Assembly (NCBI GenBank): GCA_021613535.1
Contig: CP075496.1
Span: 496,001-560,000 of the forward strand
Direction of reading: 5' to 3'
DNA: 64,000 nucleotides
Source: Adineta vaga
Lineage: Eukaryota; Animalia; Rotifera
Position numbers and translations under genes: made by a program. This document shows, one piece after another, positions 39,336-52,717 of this stretch; position 1 is the first letter of the stretch; every line of letters starts with the position of its first letter. The notes under the pieces were generated by a model. The model was not told where the DNA came from. It ran no database searches and saw only the letters and a list, made by a program, of their open reading frames with translations.

Positions 39336-40604
39336 CAATCTAAAAGAATATACATTGAAATAAAAAAGAAAATCTTTTTTGTTTAATTTAACTCGAAGGA
39401 AAAGAAATCTTATTTTTCTCGTTATTGACAACGAATAAGCATAGTGACTCTTAAACCGAACGAAAATCAACTTTTCTGCCTTGTTTGTTAAACAAATATT
39501 TCTAATTGAAAAAGAAACAATAATCAGATTCATTTTCAAGAGATTTCTTTAGAAAATAGAAAAACTTCACTTCCTAGGTCAAATTTCATTCGACTTAACA
39601 GAACTTACAATAATTATTTCAATTGAATATTGAACAAGAAAATAAAAGATTCACACATAAATAAAATTGTTCATTGTGTTAATATTCTTACCTACATAGA
39701 AACTGAGAATAAATGTGAATGGAGATGACATAAAAAAAGAGTTCGAGAGAAAGAAGAAGAAGAAAAAAAAGAAAGAATTGTTTGTGCTTGTTCTTTTTCT
39801 TCGCACTCGATTTCTTTGGCATCAGTTTGAAGAACGAACACAATAACATGTTCTCCTATCAACACATTCAACAACAAAAAACATCGCTGTCAATAACAAC
39901 CAACTTGTTACAATTTGTTTTTAAAGAAAGAAAAATCTATTTCACATCAGTTGAAATAGTAGAATATCATTTAATAAAAAGAGATTTATTACATGGACAA
40001 TAGAAACAAAATACGATCCTTTCTACAAATTGTCTACAACGGAAATCAAGGTCATTCTTATCTTATGAAATCAAAGAAAAAGAAGGAATTGTTAAAATCA
40101 TATTTACTGTTAAAAATTCATATTTTGTTATTTACTCAATCGAAGTACACTGATGTGTTTTTCTTTCAATAAAATACATCAATTCTCGAAGATAGGTTGA
40201 TTTAAACATTTCGAATAAAATCTCAGTGTTTTTTTAAGAAAATATTTTCTTTAGTAAAATCATTCGATGGAAGAAAACGCTCTCATATCAAATAAATGCA
40301 TAGATGATTAACAGAATTCATAATGATATTTGAGAGAAAATTCTTCTTCTTGTCATGATGTTTTGCTCATTCTTAGCTAATGCTAAATAAAAGACTGTGA
40401 AAATCAATCTCTCTTGTGCTAGTATCGACTAGAACAATTTTAAAAAGGTATTTATTTTTAATCATTACTAGCACATATCGGAGCGATGCTTCAATATAAT
40501 GAATCAAGAAAAAGTTTAGTTAATTCAAGTTCTTTATATTCTACTAAAGACGAATAATTAAATATAAGGATTGAATTCTTGTCAACAACACGACGATAAC
40601 ATGT

Positions 40605-40689
40605 CCAGGTCGAACAATCTTCGTCGTTGGATTCTGGCGCGGAATTCATCGGATTTCGTCGAAATCCGACGGAGCAATATTCACCTGAG
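40605..40689. mobile_element. Short MITE related to the 17628 element
   Basis: CCAGGTCGAA...TTCACCTGAG imperfect TIRs with internal hairpin TCGGATTTCG-T-CGAAATCCGA. Confidence 0.55.
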
Positions 40690-41280
40690 TGTGTCTTCGG
40701 GAAATATTTTCCATCGATAAAGAGCAGAAGTTGAATATCTTGTTGTGAATGGCACGATTAAATGTGTTGCATTGGCAAATTGGTTATGATTCAATGAAGA
40801 CAGAATCAACGCAGGTCGTTTCTTTTTTTCTCCAATGATTGATGATGAAATAATGCGATTTCGCCCGGTTGATAAACATGTCTAAATAAACAGAAGATTC
40901 AAGTAGTAAATTTGATACGCACAAAAAAAACTAAGACAAGACTATGTGTACTACAGATAGAATATCGCACCCCTTTTATGTAATGAATCGTCACGAACGA
41001 GATTATCATAACTATGTTTTTACGATGTGTTGCTTTCTAGTTTCTGAGTGATATATTTCCGAATTTTTGAAACTTGTTTTTGTGTTCAATGTTTATTATT
41101 GAAACTATCAGGTTTATTTATCGTCGAACTAAAATCATCTGGAATTCGATTCCAAGCCGATTGTGCATATAGGATAGTTTGATTTCATCCACTCTCTTCT
41201 CTCTTCAAAACCGTAAAAAAAGATCACATTTATTTGAGAGATTGACGAAACAATTCTTAAAATTTTTTTAATAAATGCAA

Positions 41281-41467
41281 GTTTTAACGAAATAAGTGAT
41301 TTTTCAGTTTAAATTCTATTCATAGTGAAGTCAAAATGCTTTCAATAAATAAGATGGTGTAGTTCGTGGTGTCCTGACGTTGTCATCGTAGATGACGAAG
41401 CGTCGAAAAATGAAGAAAATCACAATTTCGTCTCTCTTCACTGAAAAATCACTTATTTCGTTGAAAC
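41281..41467. repeat. 28-bp inverted repeat, probable MITE core
   Basis: GTTTTAACGAAATAAGTGATTTTTCAGT (41281-41308) vs ACTGAAAAATCACTTATTTCGTTGAAAC (41440-41467), 1 mismatch. Confidence 0.75.
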
Positions 41468-42056
41468 AATTTTTACTGTATTTTAAAAACTTTTAAAGTC
41501 TGTTAGGTTTTGTGGTTTAATGGATCATCTATTTTATTATATTTTGAGAAATTCTTTTTAATCAGGTTTCATAGTCCTTTTCTTACATAAATATGATATA
41601 TGCCATAATTATAGTGCATACAAATCGAAGTTTTTTGTCAGTACATATATGAGTACACTATTATATGCTTCAAAAACTGCGAAAAATAAAAATGTGATAG
41701 AGAAGATTCCAAGTTATTGACATATCTTGTCCTGTAGATCTTTATCTGCATCTAAACTATAGAAATAGCTATTGTTTTTTTTATAAAAGTCATAGTAATC
41801 TCCAACCCTGACAAAATATTATTTTCCATCTAGTATAAATATGACGATATATTTGCTCAATACAAAACTGAAAAGTAAAACCATCGATATTAATTATAAA
41901 CATAAAGGATTATAATGAACGATATTGAGAATGTAGCGCCCTCTTTTACTTTATTCACGGATATTTCTGTGCAATAAATTTGATTGGATGAAAAAATGTC
42001 TTTGATTTCAAAATTCTATAATAATTCCTTTTTTCATTAGAAAATTAACAAAGAGA

Positions 42057-44181
42057 ATGTCAGGAAAATCTCATCGAGATAATGTTGATGTCGATAGTGA
42101 AGTAGGCGATCGTGATCGTCATCGTCGAACAGTTCAATCTGATCGTGGTCGTTCTTCATCTCCAACAACATCAAAACGAGTTCGTCGTAATAATGAAGAA
42201 CATGTTGAAAAAGAATTAATCAATGAAATTTCATCAAATTCAAATATTGAAATCAATCGAAAAGAAAAATCCGAAGGTTCAACACAATTAGATAATATTT
42301 ATGCATCACTTTTACCATCAAGTGATTATTATGAAAGATCATATATGCATCGTGATATTGTTACACATATTATTGTTACAATAACGGATTTTTTAATAAC
42401 TGGTTCACAAGATGGTCATATTAAATTCTGGCGAATTATTACACCTGATTATATAAAACAACAACAAACAGCAACATCATATCAAACAGCTCGATCAAAT
42501 GAAGAAAAAGATCCTCATATGAATACAGTTCCTGGTCCAATTGAATTTGTTAAACATTTCCGTGCACATTTAGGTCCAATATTAACATTATGTGTCAATT
42601 CATCAGGAACATTATTATGTTCATCATGTAATGATCGAACAGTGAAAATGTTTGATGTTTTAGCATTTGATATGATAACAATGGTTAAATTAGATTTTGT
42701 ACCATTAATGTGTTCATTTGTTCATTCATCACGTCAAGCTTTATCAACATTAGCTGTATCAGATAGTCAATCATCATCAATCTATTTATATGATGGACGA
42801 ACATTAAATATTAAAGAACCAATTGGAATTATCTCTAAAATCGGTCATGCATCATCTGTATCAATTATAAGTTATTGTCCAAAATATGATCTAGCAATAT
42901 CATGTGATCAATCTTCAATAATTAATTATTGGTCACCAAATGATTTACAAAATCTTCCATCAGAAATATTATTTAAATCGAAATTAGATACAGATTTATT
43001 TGAATTAATTAAACATAAATTAATTCCAGTTGCATTAGAATTCAATTCATCAGGTGAACAATTTGCTTTAATTGGAAAATCAACAACACAACGAAAATTA
43101 TTTCTATTTGATACATTAAAAGGAAAGATTATAAAACGATTTGATGAACATTTAGATGTTTATAAACAATTACATGAACGTTTACAAACAAAACAACAAG
43201 AAAATGAAGAAAAAAAATCGAAATTAAATCTTTTAAATAATGTTGAATATTCACGACGTTTAACAATTGAAAAAGATTTAGAAAAACATGAATCAATTTA
43301 TTCATTAATTAATTTACAATTTGATTCATCAGGAACATTTCTTTTCTATTCAACTTTATATGGAATTAAAATGTTAAATTTAAGAACAAATGCTATTAAA
43401 CATTTTTTTGGTACAACTGAAAATGCACGATTTATTCGTTTAGCACTTTATCAAACACAAAAATCAGCTGATCAAGATTATAATCCAACAATTCTTTTTA
43501 CAACTGCTTATAAAAAAAATCGATTCTATTTATTTACAAGAAATAATCCACAAGATAGTCGAAGTGAACATGATAATGATCGTGATGTTTATAATGAAAA
43601 ACCATCACGTGAAGAAATCTTAACAGCAACAGAAGAACAAGCTTTATCATCATTATCACAATCAGCAATTATTCATACAACTTATGGTGATATTCATCTT
43701 CGTCTATTTCCTGAATATGTTCCAAAAACTTGTGAAAATTTTATTCAACATTCCAAACAATCGTATTATAATAATTGTATTTTTCATCGTGTTATTAAAC
43801 AATTTATGATTCAAACAGGTTTGATTTGAATATAGTTAACTTTGATGAAAGATTTTATGTATGATTTATTATTTAGGTGATCCATTGGGAAATGGTACTG
43901 GTGGTCAATCAATATGGGGAAAAGATTTTGAAGATGAATTTCATCCACAATTAAAACATGATCGTCCATATACACTTTCAATGGCAAATGCAGGACCAAA
44001 TACAAATGGAAGTCAATTTTTTATTACACTTGTTCCATGTCCATGGTTAGATAACAAACATACAATTTTTGGAAGAGTTTCCAAAGGAATGGATGTTGTT
44101 GAAAAGATTGCTCTAACTAAAACAGACAGACATGATAAACCTTTAGATGAAATTAAAATTATTTCTATTTCTATTAAATAA
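42057..44181 (+). CDS. PPWD1: Peptidylprolyl isomerase domain and WD repeat-containing protein 1
   Basis: [37 protein letters not shown], cyclophilin domain [22 protein letters not shown]...[12 protein letters not shown]; one intron 43819-43876. Confidence 0.96.
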
Positions 44182-44699
44182 ACATTATCAATAGTTGAAT
44201 CGATATATAATGAATTTATATATCTATCAAGTGTCAGTAATATAATCTTAAGTCACATGATGATCGTACATTTTCTTTTTGTGATTTACAGCATTTTTTT
44301 CTATCATCTAATTGGATATGTTTATCTATTTTTCAATAAAGTCTTCGTGAGACATTCAATGGAGCGAACTATCTTATCTATTATCGAAAAAGTCGTTTTG
44401 ATTTCTAATGATCGAATCAGCTCATATTTATGCGACATTTGAATTTAAAATGAATGTTAAACAACCAAATAAGTTTATCAAGAAATATTCAGAATTTAAT
44501 TAAATATTATTGTACTTCATTATCATTTCATATATTTCTTTTTCTAACTATTCCTTCAGTTCATAATATTGTTTAAATAACAGAGATTGTTATTCAGTCT
44601 GATGATTAGTTTTTTCTTTATTGTCTTTTTTTATAGAAATATTATGATCGTGTGGAAAAGTTTTTGATTGAAAAGCAAATAAATATAGATATTTATTTT

Positions 44700-45560
44700 G
44701 TTTTTGATTTTACATGTCATAGAATATCACAGAGATTTGACTAGTGGTAAACACCATAGTGTTGCACATTAATCCATATTTTAGGAATTCAAAATAGATT
44801 GTAGAACCAATTAGCGAATTTACATGTGTGTTAATCGAAAAAACTATCCTTGAATAAGAGATAATGGAAGTGCATATTACGCAGACATCGTTCTGGAAGG
44901 GAAAGATCAATTGATAAACAATTAACGTGATTGAAACGAATAAAGGCGATGAAATTTCTATTTCTATGAAAAAAATATGTATTCAAGATTATTCATATGA
45001 TGATAAAGCAAGTATAGATCATCATTTGAACATGTAGATAGAAATTTCATTGAAGACTCTAGTTGACCTCGTCGATTCCAATGACATCGAGCAAACCATT
45101 GATGTTCTTCAAGCCAAAATGACTTTCGAAAAGATTCAACCAAATCAGTAATGTGTTTGTCAGAATTATCTTTATCGAGCAAATTGAATTTCATTCTCAA
45201 TCGAAAACTATGGAGATGAGATAACTGACGACGAAAAATCCTTTCCCATTGATCACTATTGAAATTATTGAATCCGTAACAAAACAATTTCTGTCAACAC
45301 CAAACACATTTTTTTTGTAAGAAAATAAAGAAGAAATCGTTCGGACTTATATAAATCTTAAAGATGGGAATGAGTTTATCAAATACAAATGTGAATATTA
45401 GCTTCGAACATCGGATCTCTTTTGATTAAACATGTCGATGGTAACTGATTTTGTAACCATCTAACAACGTCATCACTTTCTGTTTTCTCAGAGTGATCAT
45501 CTTTCGCAATTGAATAGTCAAAACACGAAGCTTATTCAAATGATGAATAAGTTAAAGTAG
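44700..45560 (-). pseudogene. Decayed F-box/LRR-family gene fragment
   Basis: QWERIFRRQLSHLHSFRLRM...ESFRKSFWLEEHQWFARCHW resembles the C-terminal region of this lineage-expanded family; surrounded by stops. Confidence 0.55.
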
Positions 45561-46084
45561 AATTACAATGAACATAAATGACCGAGTCATCATTTCTATT
45601 GTTTTAATTCTCAATATGAATTAGAATTAGAAACAAATTTCACAAAGACGTCTATATATGAACGATAGTCTGACGAGCATATCGAATTTATCATGTAAGT
45701 CATATAATTTGTTTTGCACTATCAAATTTCGATGCGTTGTTTGGAAAAAAACATTACTGAAAAACAGCGCCATCTATTTCTTCAGTATTCACATGAAATC
45801 TATTCGACATTCCTTAAAATTTGTATTTACCAATGATTATTCAAATTTATCAACATTTAGAAATAGAATTAAACATAAGAATATATAGAAATAATTGTCG
45901 AGAATTCGAAAATAATCTCTTTAAAGTAGATCATCACCATCTTGATTGTTAGAAAAATGAATACGAGGATGATCTATATGAAAAAACGAGATAAGTTTGT
46001 ATAAATAAAAAACAATTAAATTTTAGATAATATCAAGATAATTTAAATATTTATTAAATAAATCATATCTTAATTTTTTTTCAG

Positions 46085-47608
46085 ATGTCACTTCAAGTGA
46101 AATTTATTACAAGATTAGACAAGTAAATCCATGTCTCTTTTTTCTTTCGGATAATATTATTATTTGTTTTTGTAAAGATATTCAGTGCCAGATTCAACAC
46201 TGGTTATTCCATCATCATCAACAAATGCACAATTAGAAGCTATTCTAAAAGGATTATTACAAACATCAGGTTTATTTTGATTTAAAATTAAAATTTTAAT
46301 CTGAATTCATATGTTTTAGTATCATCGAAGGAATTATCTCGTGTATCATTTGATTTTTTATGTTTAAATCAATTGATTCGTTCATCATTAGAAGAACATA
46401 TTCGAGAAAAAGATGAAGCATTATTGGAATCAATTCTTGATATTGAATATATTGAAAAATTTCAAGCACCAGAACCGGAAGATGCATTAATGCATGATGA
46501 TTGGGTATCTGCATGTCGTTCATTAGGTGATACAATATTAGTTGGATCTTATGATACAAAAGTTCATCTATGGAATAATCAAGGAGAACATATAACAAGT
46601 CTTCCAGGACATACTGGTCCTATTCGATCACTTGGTTTTATTCATTCAGATGAAGGTGAACATGAATTTATTAGTGGATCACATGATCAAACAATATTAA
46701 TATGGAAATATGATCAAAATAAAAATAGTGTTCAATCATTAATTACTTGTAAAGGACATCAAGGAACAATTGAAACATTAGCTTTACAAAAATCATGTTT
46801 TGCTTCTGGTTCATTTGATAAAACAATTAAATTATGGGGATTAGGTTTGTTTGATTATTTCGTATTTTCTTAATCATTCTTATATTAATTTTAATAGAAC
46901 AACAAGAAGATAAATCAGCAACAAAAGTAAGTTTCTAATCATAGATTTCTAATAAAAATGCTTTGAAATTAAAAGGAATGTCGTGTTACAATCAATGCTC
47001 ATACTGAGAATGTTTCATCGATTGGCTGGAATTCATCAAATGAACTTATTTCATGTTCATGGGATCAAACAATTAAATTATGGAATATGGATACATTACA
47101 ATCAACACAAACATTCGTATGTTTACATTTAAAGAGAAAATAACTTTAAAAATAAATCATCTTGTTTCTTTCTTTGTAGAAATGTGCCAAAGCTGTTTTA
47201 TCACTTGATATTTCACCAGTCAATGGTTTAGTTATTTGTGGTTTTACTGATCGATTTATTCGTCTTTATGATACACGTGTTCAAGGTTAATTTTCTTTTG
47301 AAGAGACAAATTTTCTTGAAATAAATAAGATTTTCTTTTATTTTTTAGAAGGATATGTACTTCGATCAACATTTTCATCACATAGTCAATGGGTACCAAG
47401 TGTTATATGGTCAAGAACATCTGAACATTTATTTGTATCTGGTTCATATGATTCATTAGTTAAATTATGGGATACTCGATCATTAAAAGCTCCACTTTAT
47501 GATTTACAAGGACATGAAGATCGTGTTTTATGTGTTGATTGGTCAATTGATCAATTGATTCTATCTGGTGGTGCAGATAATTCATTAAAAATGTTTTCAT
47601 TTAAATAA
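46085..47608 (+). CDS. WDR12: Ribosome biogenesis protein WDR12/Ytm1 (7 exons)
   Basis: N-terminal NLE/UBL domain (LQVKFITR, FDFL, DIEYIE), HDDWVS, WD40 repeats, SGSYDSLVKLWDTRSLKAPLYDLQGHEDRVL, SGGADN; includes a 29-nt exon at 46898-46926. Confidence 0.94.
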
Positions 47609-48536
47609 AAATATTGGTTTTTGTTTTCTTTTAAAATAAATAAAAGAAACTGTTCTTCCATATGATTTCATTCTTAGTTTTGGATAAACAATCACAAGAA
47701 CGATCAACAGTTAAATATCGTTTTTTTAATGATCATTTAAAGGAAAGTATTCCCATGAGAATCTCAATTTTTGAAGTTGAAAACTTTGTTCAATTGATAA
47801 TATAACGTATCATTATTAATTACGAATGTGATAAATTCAAAGGCAATTTCATAATGAGAAAAAAAGATTATTTAATAACAAAATTTTATTTATCATAAAT
47901 ATGAAATCTAATTTCATCAGACTAAAAGATAATGAATTCATCTGGAATAAATTAAAAGAATTGGACATAAAATTTAGTTTTATATCGATTTAATAAATTG
48001 GTATCATTATTGAAGAAAAAGATGTTTTAACATTTCTAAAACAATCTATGGTCATGTTGAAAGATTTACTTTCTTCTATGTACAAAATTCGAAAATAAAA
48101 AATCTGATCAAAGAAAAACAAATTCATTCCAATTTTTTATATCTATAATATTTAAATAATACATTGATTAGATAAATATTATGAAGAAGATGCTTGAGAT
48201 TCAATTCTAATATGATTGTGATTGTTACATGATTCGATTTTATCGAATACGTTATCACTCTGTAAAAACAAAGTGTATTGGATTGATTTAACTATTATGT
48301 TTAGATTAATCTTAGTTTTCTTGATTGTTTAAATAGAGAACATATAGAATACAATTTCTCACGAAATTAGAATTCAATGAATATATAGTATTTCATCAGT
48401 GACATCTTGGACGATAAAATTCATTTGATTATACATTATGTATGATTCTTTCTTTGTGAAAATGGACTGATCATTCATCACACACTGACTATAAATACGT
48501 TTCAATATTCTTTCAAATTCATTAATTCAGTAAAAC

Positions 48537-49285
48537 ATGGCAAATGAAAACGATATTGGAACACATTTTCTGCAATATGAACTTCATATTTTTGAGCAGA
48601 ATGATACTGGTACATTACATGTATGTTTTTTAAAACAAGTACCAATCTTCTAAATTATCGCATTTGCCTTTGATTTTCATAGGAACTAAATAGTATTGTA
48701 GATTATTTGACGAAAAAAACCAATGACAAAAACGATTCAAATAAAAAATTCCTTCAAATATATTTATTAAAAAGAATCGATTTAAATTTCAAACTGCACC
48801 AATATGAAAGTAATTTGAAAATGATTGCATGAAACAATATTATTGCTTTTAATCTACTCTTTTGTAGACGTGTTAAACGACTGTGAAACATTAATTAAAT
48901 TTCAATATCATTTTTTTGACAACAAAGAATTATTGATAATACATGAGTATGAATATTTTTATTTTTACGACTTTATTCAATACTTTTGCTTCATTTAGAC
49001 AAGCTAAATGGGAAAATCTGAAGAAAGACACTGTCAATCGTCTTCGTCAATTAAGTTTTTCCTGTAAATAATTTTTCTTTCATTTATACAGCAATAAATG
49101 AAAATAAATCATTTCTCTCTTTAGTGGATGACGATGATGATAATGATATAACTAGTATAATGAATAAGATCAATTCAATCGATATCAAGTTCATTTTTAT
49201 AAGATGATTAGAAAAAAAATGTCATCTAATTTTCTCATTCCATTAATTTTTCATTAATTTTAGAGAAAAGAAAAAATTAAGTTAA
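48537..49285 (+). CDS. Unannotated small multi-exon protein (~145 aa) with a TPR-like helix pair
   Basis: TATAAA at ~48490; exons 48537-48620, 48683-48809, 48868-48946, 48999-49063, 49125-; phases join into one open frame; LLKRIDLNFKLHQYENVLNDCETLIK is TPR-like. 3' end is either 49207 or 49285. Confidence 0.6.
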
Positions 49286-49559
49286 CTTGAATATAAATCA
49301 ATGCATCTGTCAAACATGTGATATTTTTATCTTCATATATTTGATTAATTTTCATTCTTAAAATTGAATAAAATAGTTCATATATAAAACAAAGATCTTT
49401 ATTAAGCTTGTGTATAATAGAAGATTGGAATATTCCAAGTATTTATCATGATATATAGAGATGCTTTATTTGTCTTATCAACCGTGTAAATATAAATGTT
49501 TTATTTGAAAAAAAAAACAATCTAAAGCAAATAAAACCATAGAATAAATATTCTTATTT

Positions 49560-50532
49560 TTGAAAATACAAAGAAACTATGTCTTCGCCAACAGAAAAAA
49601 AAACAATTTTTTAAAAGAACAATATGGACAATTAACAGAAGTAAGTCGAAAATTGAATGAAACTGTTACTAATGCAATAAGAGAAGCATTAGATGAAATG
49701 AAAGATATTCTTAACAAAATCAAAGAAACAAATGAATGGAAACAATTAAAAGTTAATCTTGAAACAATAACAATAAATGGAAAAGTTTCATTTGATGTTG
49801 GTGGAAGAACATTTTCAACAAGTGTTCAAACATTAACAAAAGAAAAAGATACAGTTTTCACAGCAATGATTTCAAAACAAGGTGAAATTGAAAAAGATGA
49901 TCAGGGAAGATTTTTCATTGATCGGGATGGAGATCTTTTTGCAGAAATTTTAAATTATTTAAGAAATCCAACAAATTATACGTTACTCGATGAAAAAATT
50001 CGATCACGTTTAATAATTGAAGCAGAATTTTATCGATTATCACAGTTAATTTTGTTATTAAGTGGTTTTCAACAAACTTATATTTTAGATAAAGAGCAAA
50101 AAATATCAACTTTGGAATTTAATTTATAAAGCAACAAGAGATGGATTCGAAGCAACAACATTTCATAATCTTTGTAATAATCAAGGACCAACAATGACAA
50201 TTATTAAATCTACAGGTGGTTATTTATTTGGTGGTTATGCTTCACAACCTTGGACTTCTGCTGGACACTATACAAATACACCAGATTCATTTTTATTTCT
50301 TCTTAAAAATGCAAATGGAAGTCCACCAACGAAATTTCTATCTCATAATAATGCACGTAGTTTTTATCACAACGCAGGGTGTGGACCAACTTTTGGTGAT
50401 GGACATGATTTATTTATCTGCAATTCAAGTAATATACGTAATAGCTCATGTAACTTGGGTCATAGTTATCCTAATTCATTGAATCTCGGTTCTAATACAT
50501 TATTTACTGGTATCAGAAATAGAAGTTTTTAA
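49560..50532 (+). pseudogene. KCTD-type BTB/POZ plus TLDc domain gene, frameshifted
   Basis: FDVGGRTFSTSVQTL, FFIDRDGDLFAEILNYLR, EAEFY; TLDc WNLIYKATRDGF...GYLFGGY...GPTFGDGHDL lies in another frame after ~50105 with no intron; no clear ATG start. Confidence 0.75.
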
Positions 50533-50763
50533 ATTATCCTAGAAAACAAATCGTATCCAATACGTTTTTGAATTCAAATTTCTTTTTCATCTATTAATTG
50601 ACATGAATAAAGTTAGTCAAGTGTAAGGATGTGAATATCTCCTATTACTCATACATTCTCAACCTCAAGCAAAATTCTTCAAAACACAATATGAATCTTT
50701 TATGATTAATTTCAAAAGATTTCTTTATCTATGAAATGTTCACAAAACAAATAGTTTTATTTT

Positions 50764-52047
50764 CTAATCGAGTTCATAATATCGATCAGGAGAATGATGT
50801 TCTTTCCAGAAGTTAACTATACTCTTTGTTGTCTCTTGAGGTTTATCATTAGTAATTAAATGACCACAATCTTCGAACATGATCAGTTCTGTATTGGGTA
50901 TCAAGTTAACGAAGTAATCAGCACCTTCTACGGCACATAACTGAAAATGATCATTAGTATTTTTCGATAACATAAACAATGAAAATGCATACCTCATCTT
51001 TTCGACCCCATATAATCAATGCTGGACATGTTAATTCCTTTAATGGTGCATATGATTCTTCAAGATTTGGATAATCATGTTCAAAAGCTGATTTAAGAAC
51101 TGCGTGAAACAAATACAAAACAGTCGATTTTATCTGAAAGAAAAGAAAATTAACTTACGTTTTCTATGTTGATCTAACATGGTTAATCTTGATTTTAAAT
51201 ATCCATTGGCTAGTAGACGACGAAAACGAACCTTTCGCATTGTTAATGTTTTAGCTGTCGTATAGAATTGCTTATGTGTTGTTGGCAAAACTAAATCATA
51301 TACACCCGAACGTAGTTGTCGTATTGCTTCTGTTTCATATTGTTTTCCAGCTGTATAAAAAATTCGAAATAAGAATATAATATTCGTTCAAATAAATACT
51401 TACGAGGAACAGGAGCAAGTAGACAAATCATTTTTACATACGAAGGATATTTAGAAGCAAACATAGCTACAATAGAACCACCCATTGAAGTTCCTACCAA
51501 ACACATAGGTTCAATCATATCTAATTTATCAAAGAACTAATCAACAAATATTTATAATTCATCATCGAAGATAATATATTACCAATTTGAGATTATCGAC
51601 AATAACACCAGCTATTAATTGTTCTTCATCGAATCCAACTGTTTCTCCATGACCAGGCATATCAATAGCAATACAATGAAAACTATCAGGAATATCCTAC
51701 ATTACATATTTAAACTTAATTATACTATCGATGATAAAATTTCAACCAACTTTAATAACATTTAACCATGTATATTTACCAGATGAGAAACCATGAATAA
51801 ATATTATGCTTGCTTTATTTTGAACTTTAGAACCTTTTTCGCAATAACAAAATGTGACATTTTCAATTGTTAAATAATGTTTTTTAAGACCAGCTCGATG
51901 TGTATTGATTCTATCAGATACATAATTCATTTTTATTCATATTATATAGACAAAATTATACTTACTGATAATATTGCTTTATAAATTTCTTCGACCTAAA
52001 TGATAAATAGATGATATTATGAATATAAATTTAGAAGAAACTTACAT
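50764..52047 (-). CDS. Alpha/beta hydrolase, monoacylglycerol lipase ABHD6-like
   Basis: FCYCEKG, IIFIHGFS, IDMPGHGET, nucleophile GTSMGG, IIWGRKDE, FEDCGH; about 8 exons; start inferred as intron-split AT|G. Confidence 0.87.
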
Positions 52048-52717
52048 TATTTTATGTGAAAAAGAATCCGATAGATCAGAGTTTAAATGCTTATATAATT
52101 ATTACTAAGACACTTATATATAATTTAACAAAAGAATGAATGTCACGCATCATTCACTGTAAAACAATACGAAAAGGATGATGGGTGTAAATGATGACGT
52201 GCGAAAGGTACGAACTAACTAAAAATATTATATATATATATATATATCAGTTTTCGTCAGACCAAATAATTCTGAGTCATTGACAAAAATTTTCTTTTAG
52301 ATTACTCGAACTTAAATAAAACATTTCATTTTACTAATGAAACAATCATGACTTTATTCAATGAAAGAAAAGAGTGAATTACTTCTTTTTTAAAATCTAC
52401 TAAATTACAAATACTTCTTATAAAACAATTTACTCATAAAAATATACTTTTGTTTTAAGAAACAACAGTTAATCACAATAATTTCAATCTTATAATGCTC
52501 AAAGGAATTCAAGTTTTGTTTTCCTTATACATACATACTGCAATTATGAGTATGAGAAAGTTTTTTCTTGCCATATATTTAATGACACACGTCTTACTTT
52601 TGTTTCTGATAATTAAATATTAACTAGAAAGAGAAATTTCAAAAAGTATAACAAAAAAAAAGTAGTTATGAAGATTATTCAAACATTTATAAACAAAAAA
52701 AGGTAGAAAGTCAAGAA

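Noticed and set aside
39950-40153. Coding-like patch upstream of TTLL10
   Set aside because: No continuous frame or recognisable motif.
47680-48200. Degenerate coding-like sequence after WDR12
   Set aside because: Multiple stops and no identifiable family.
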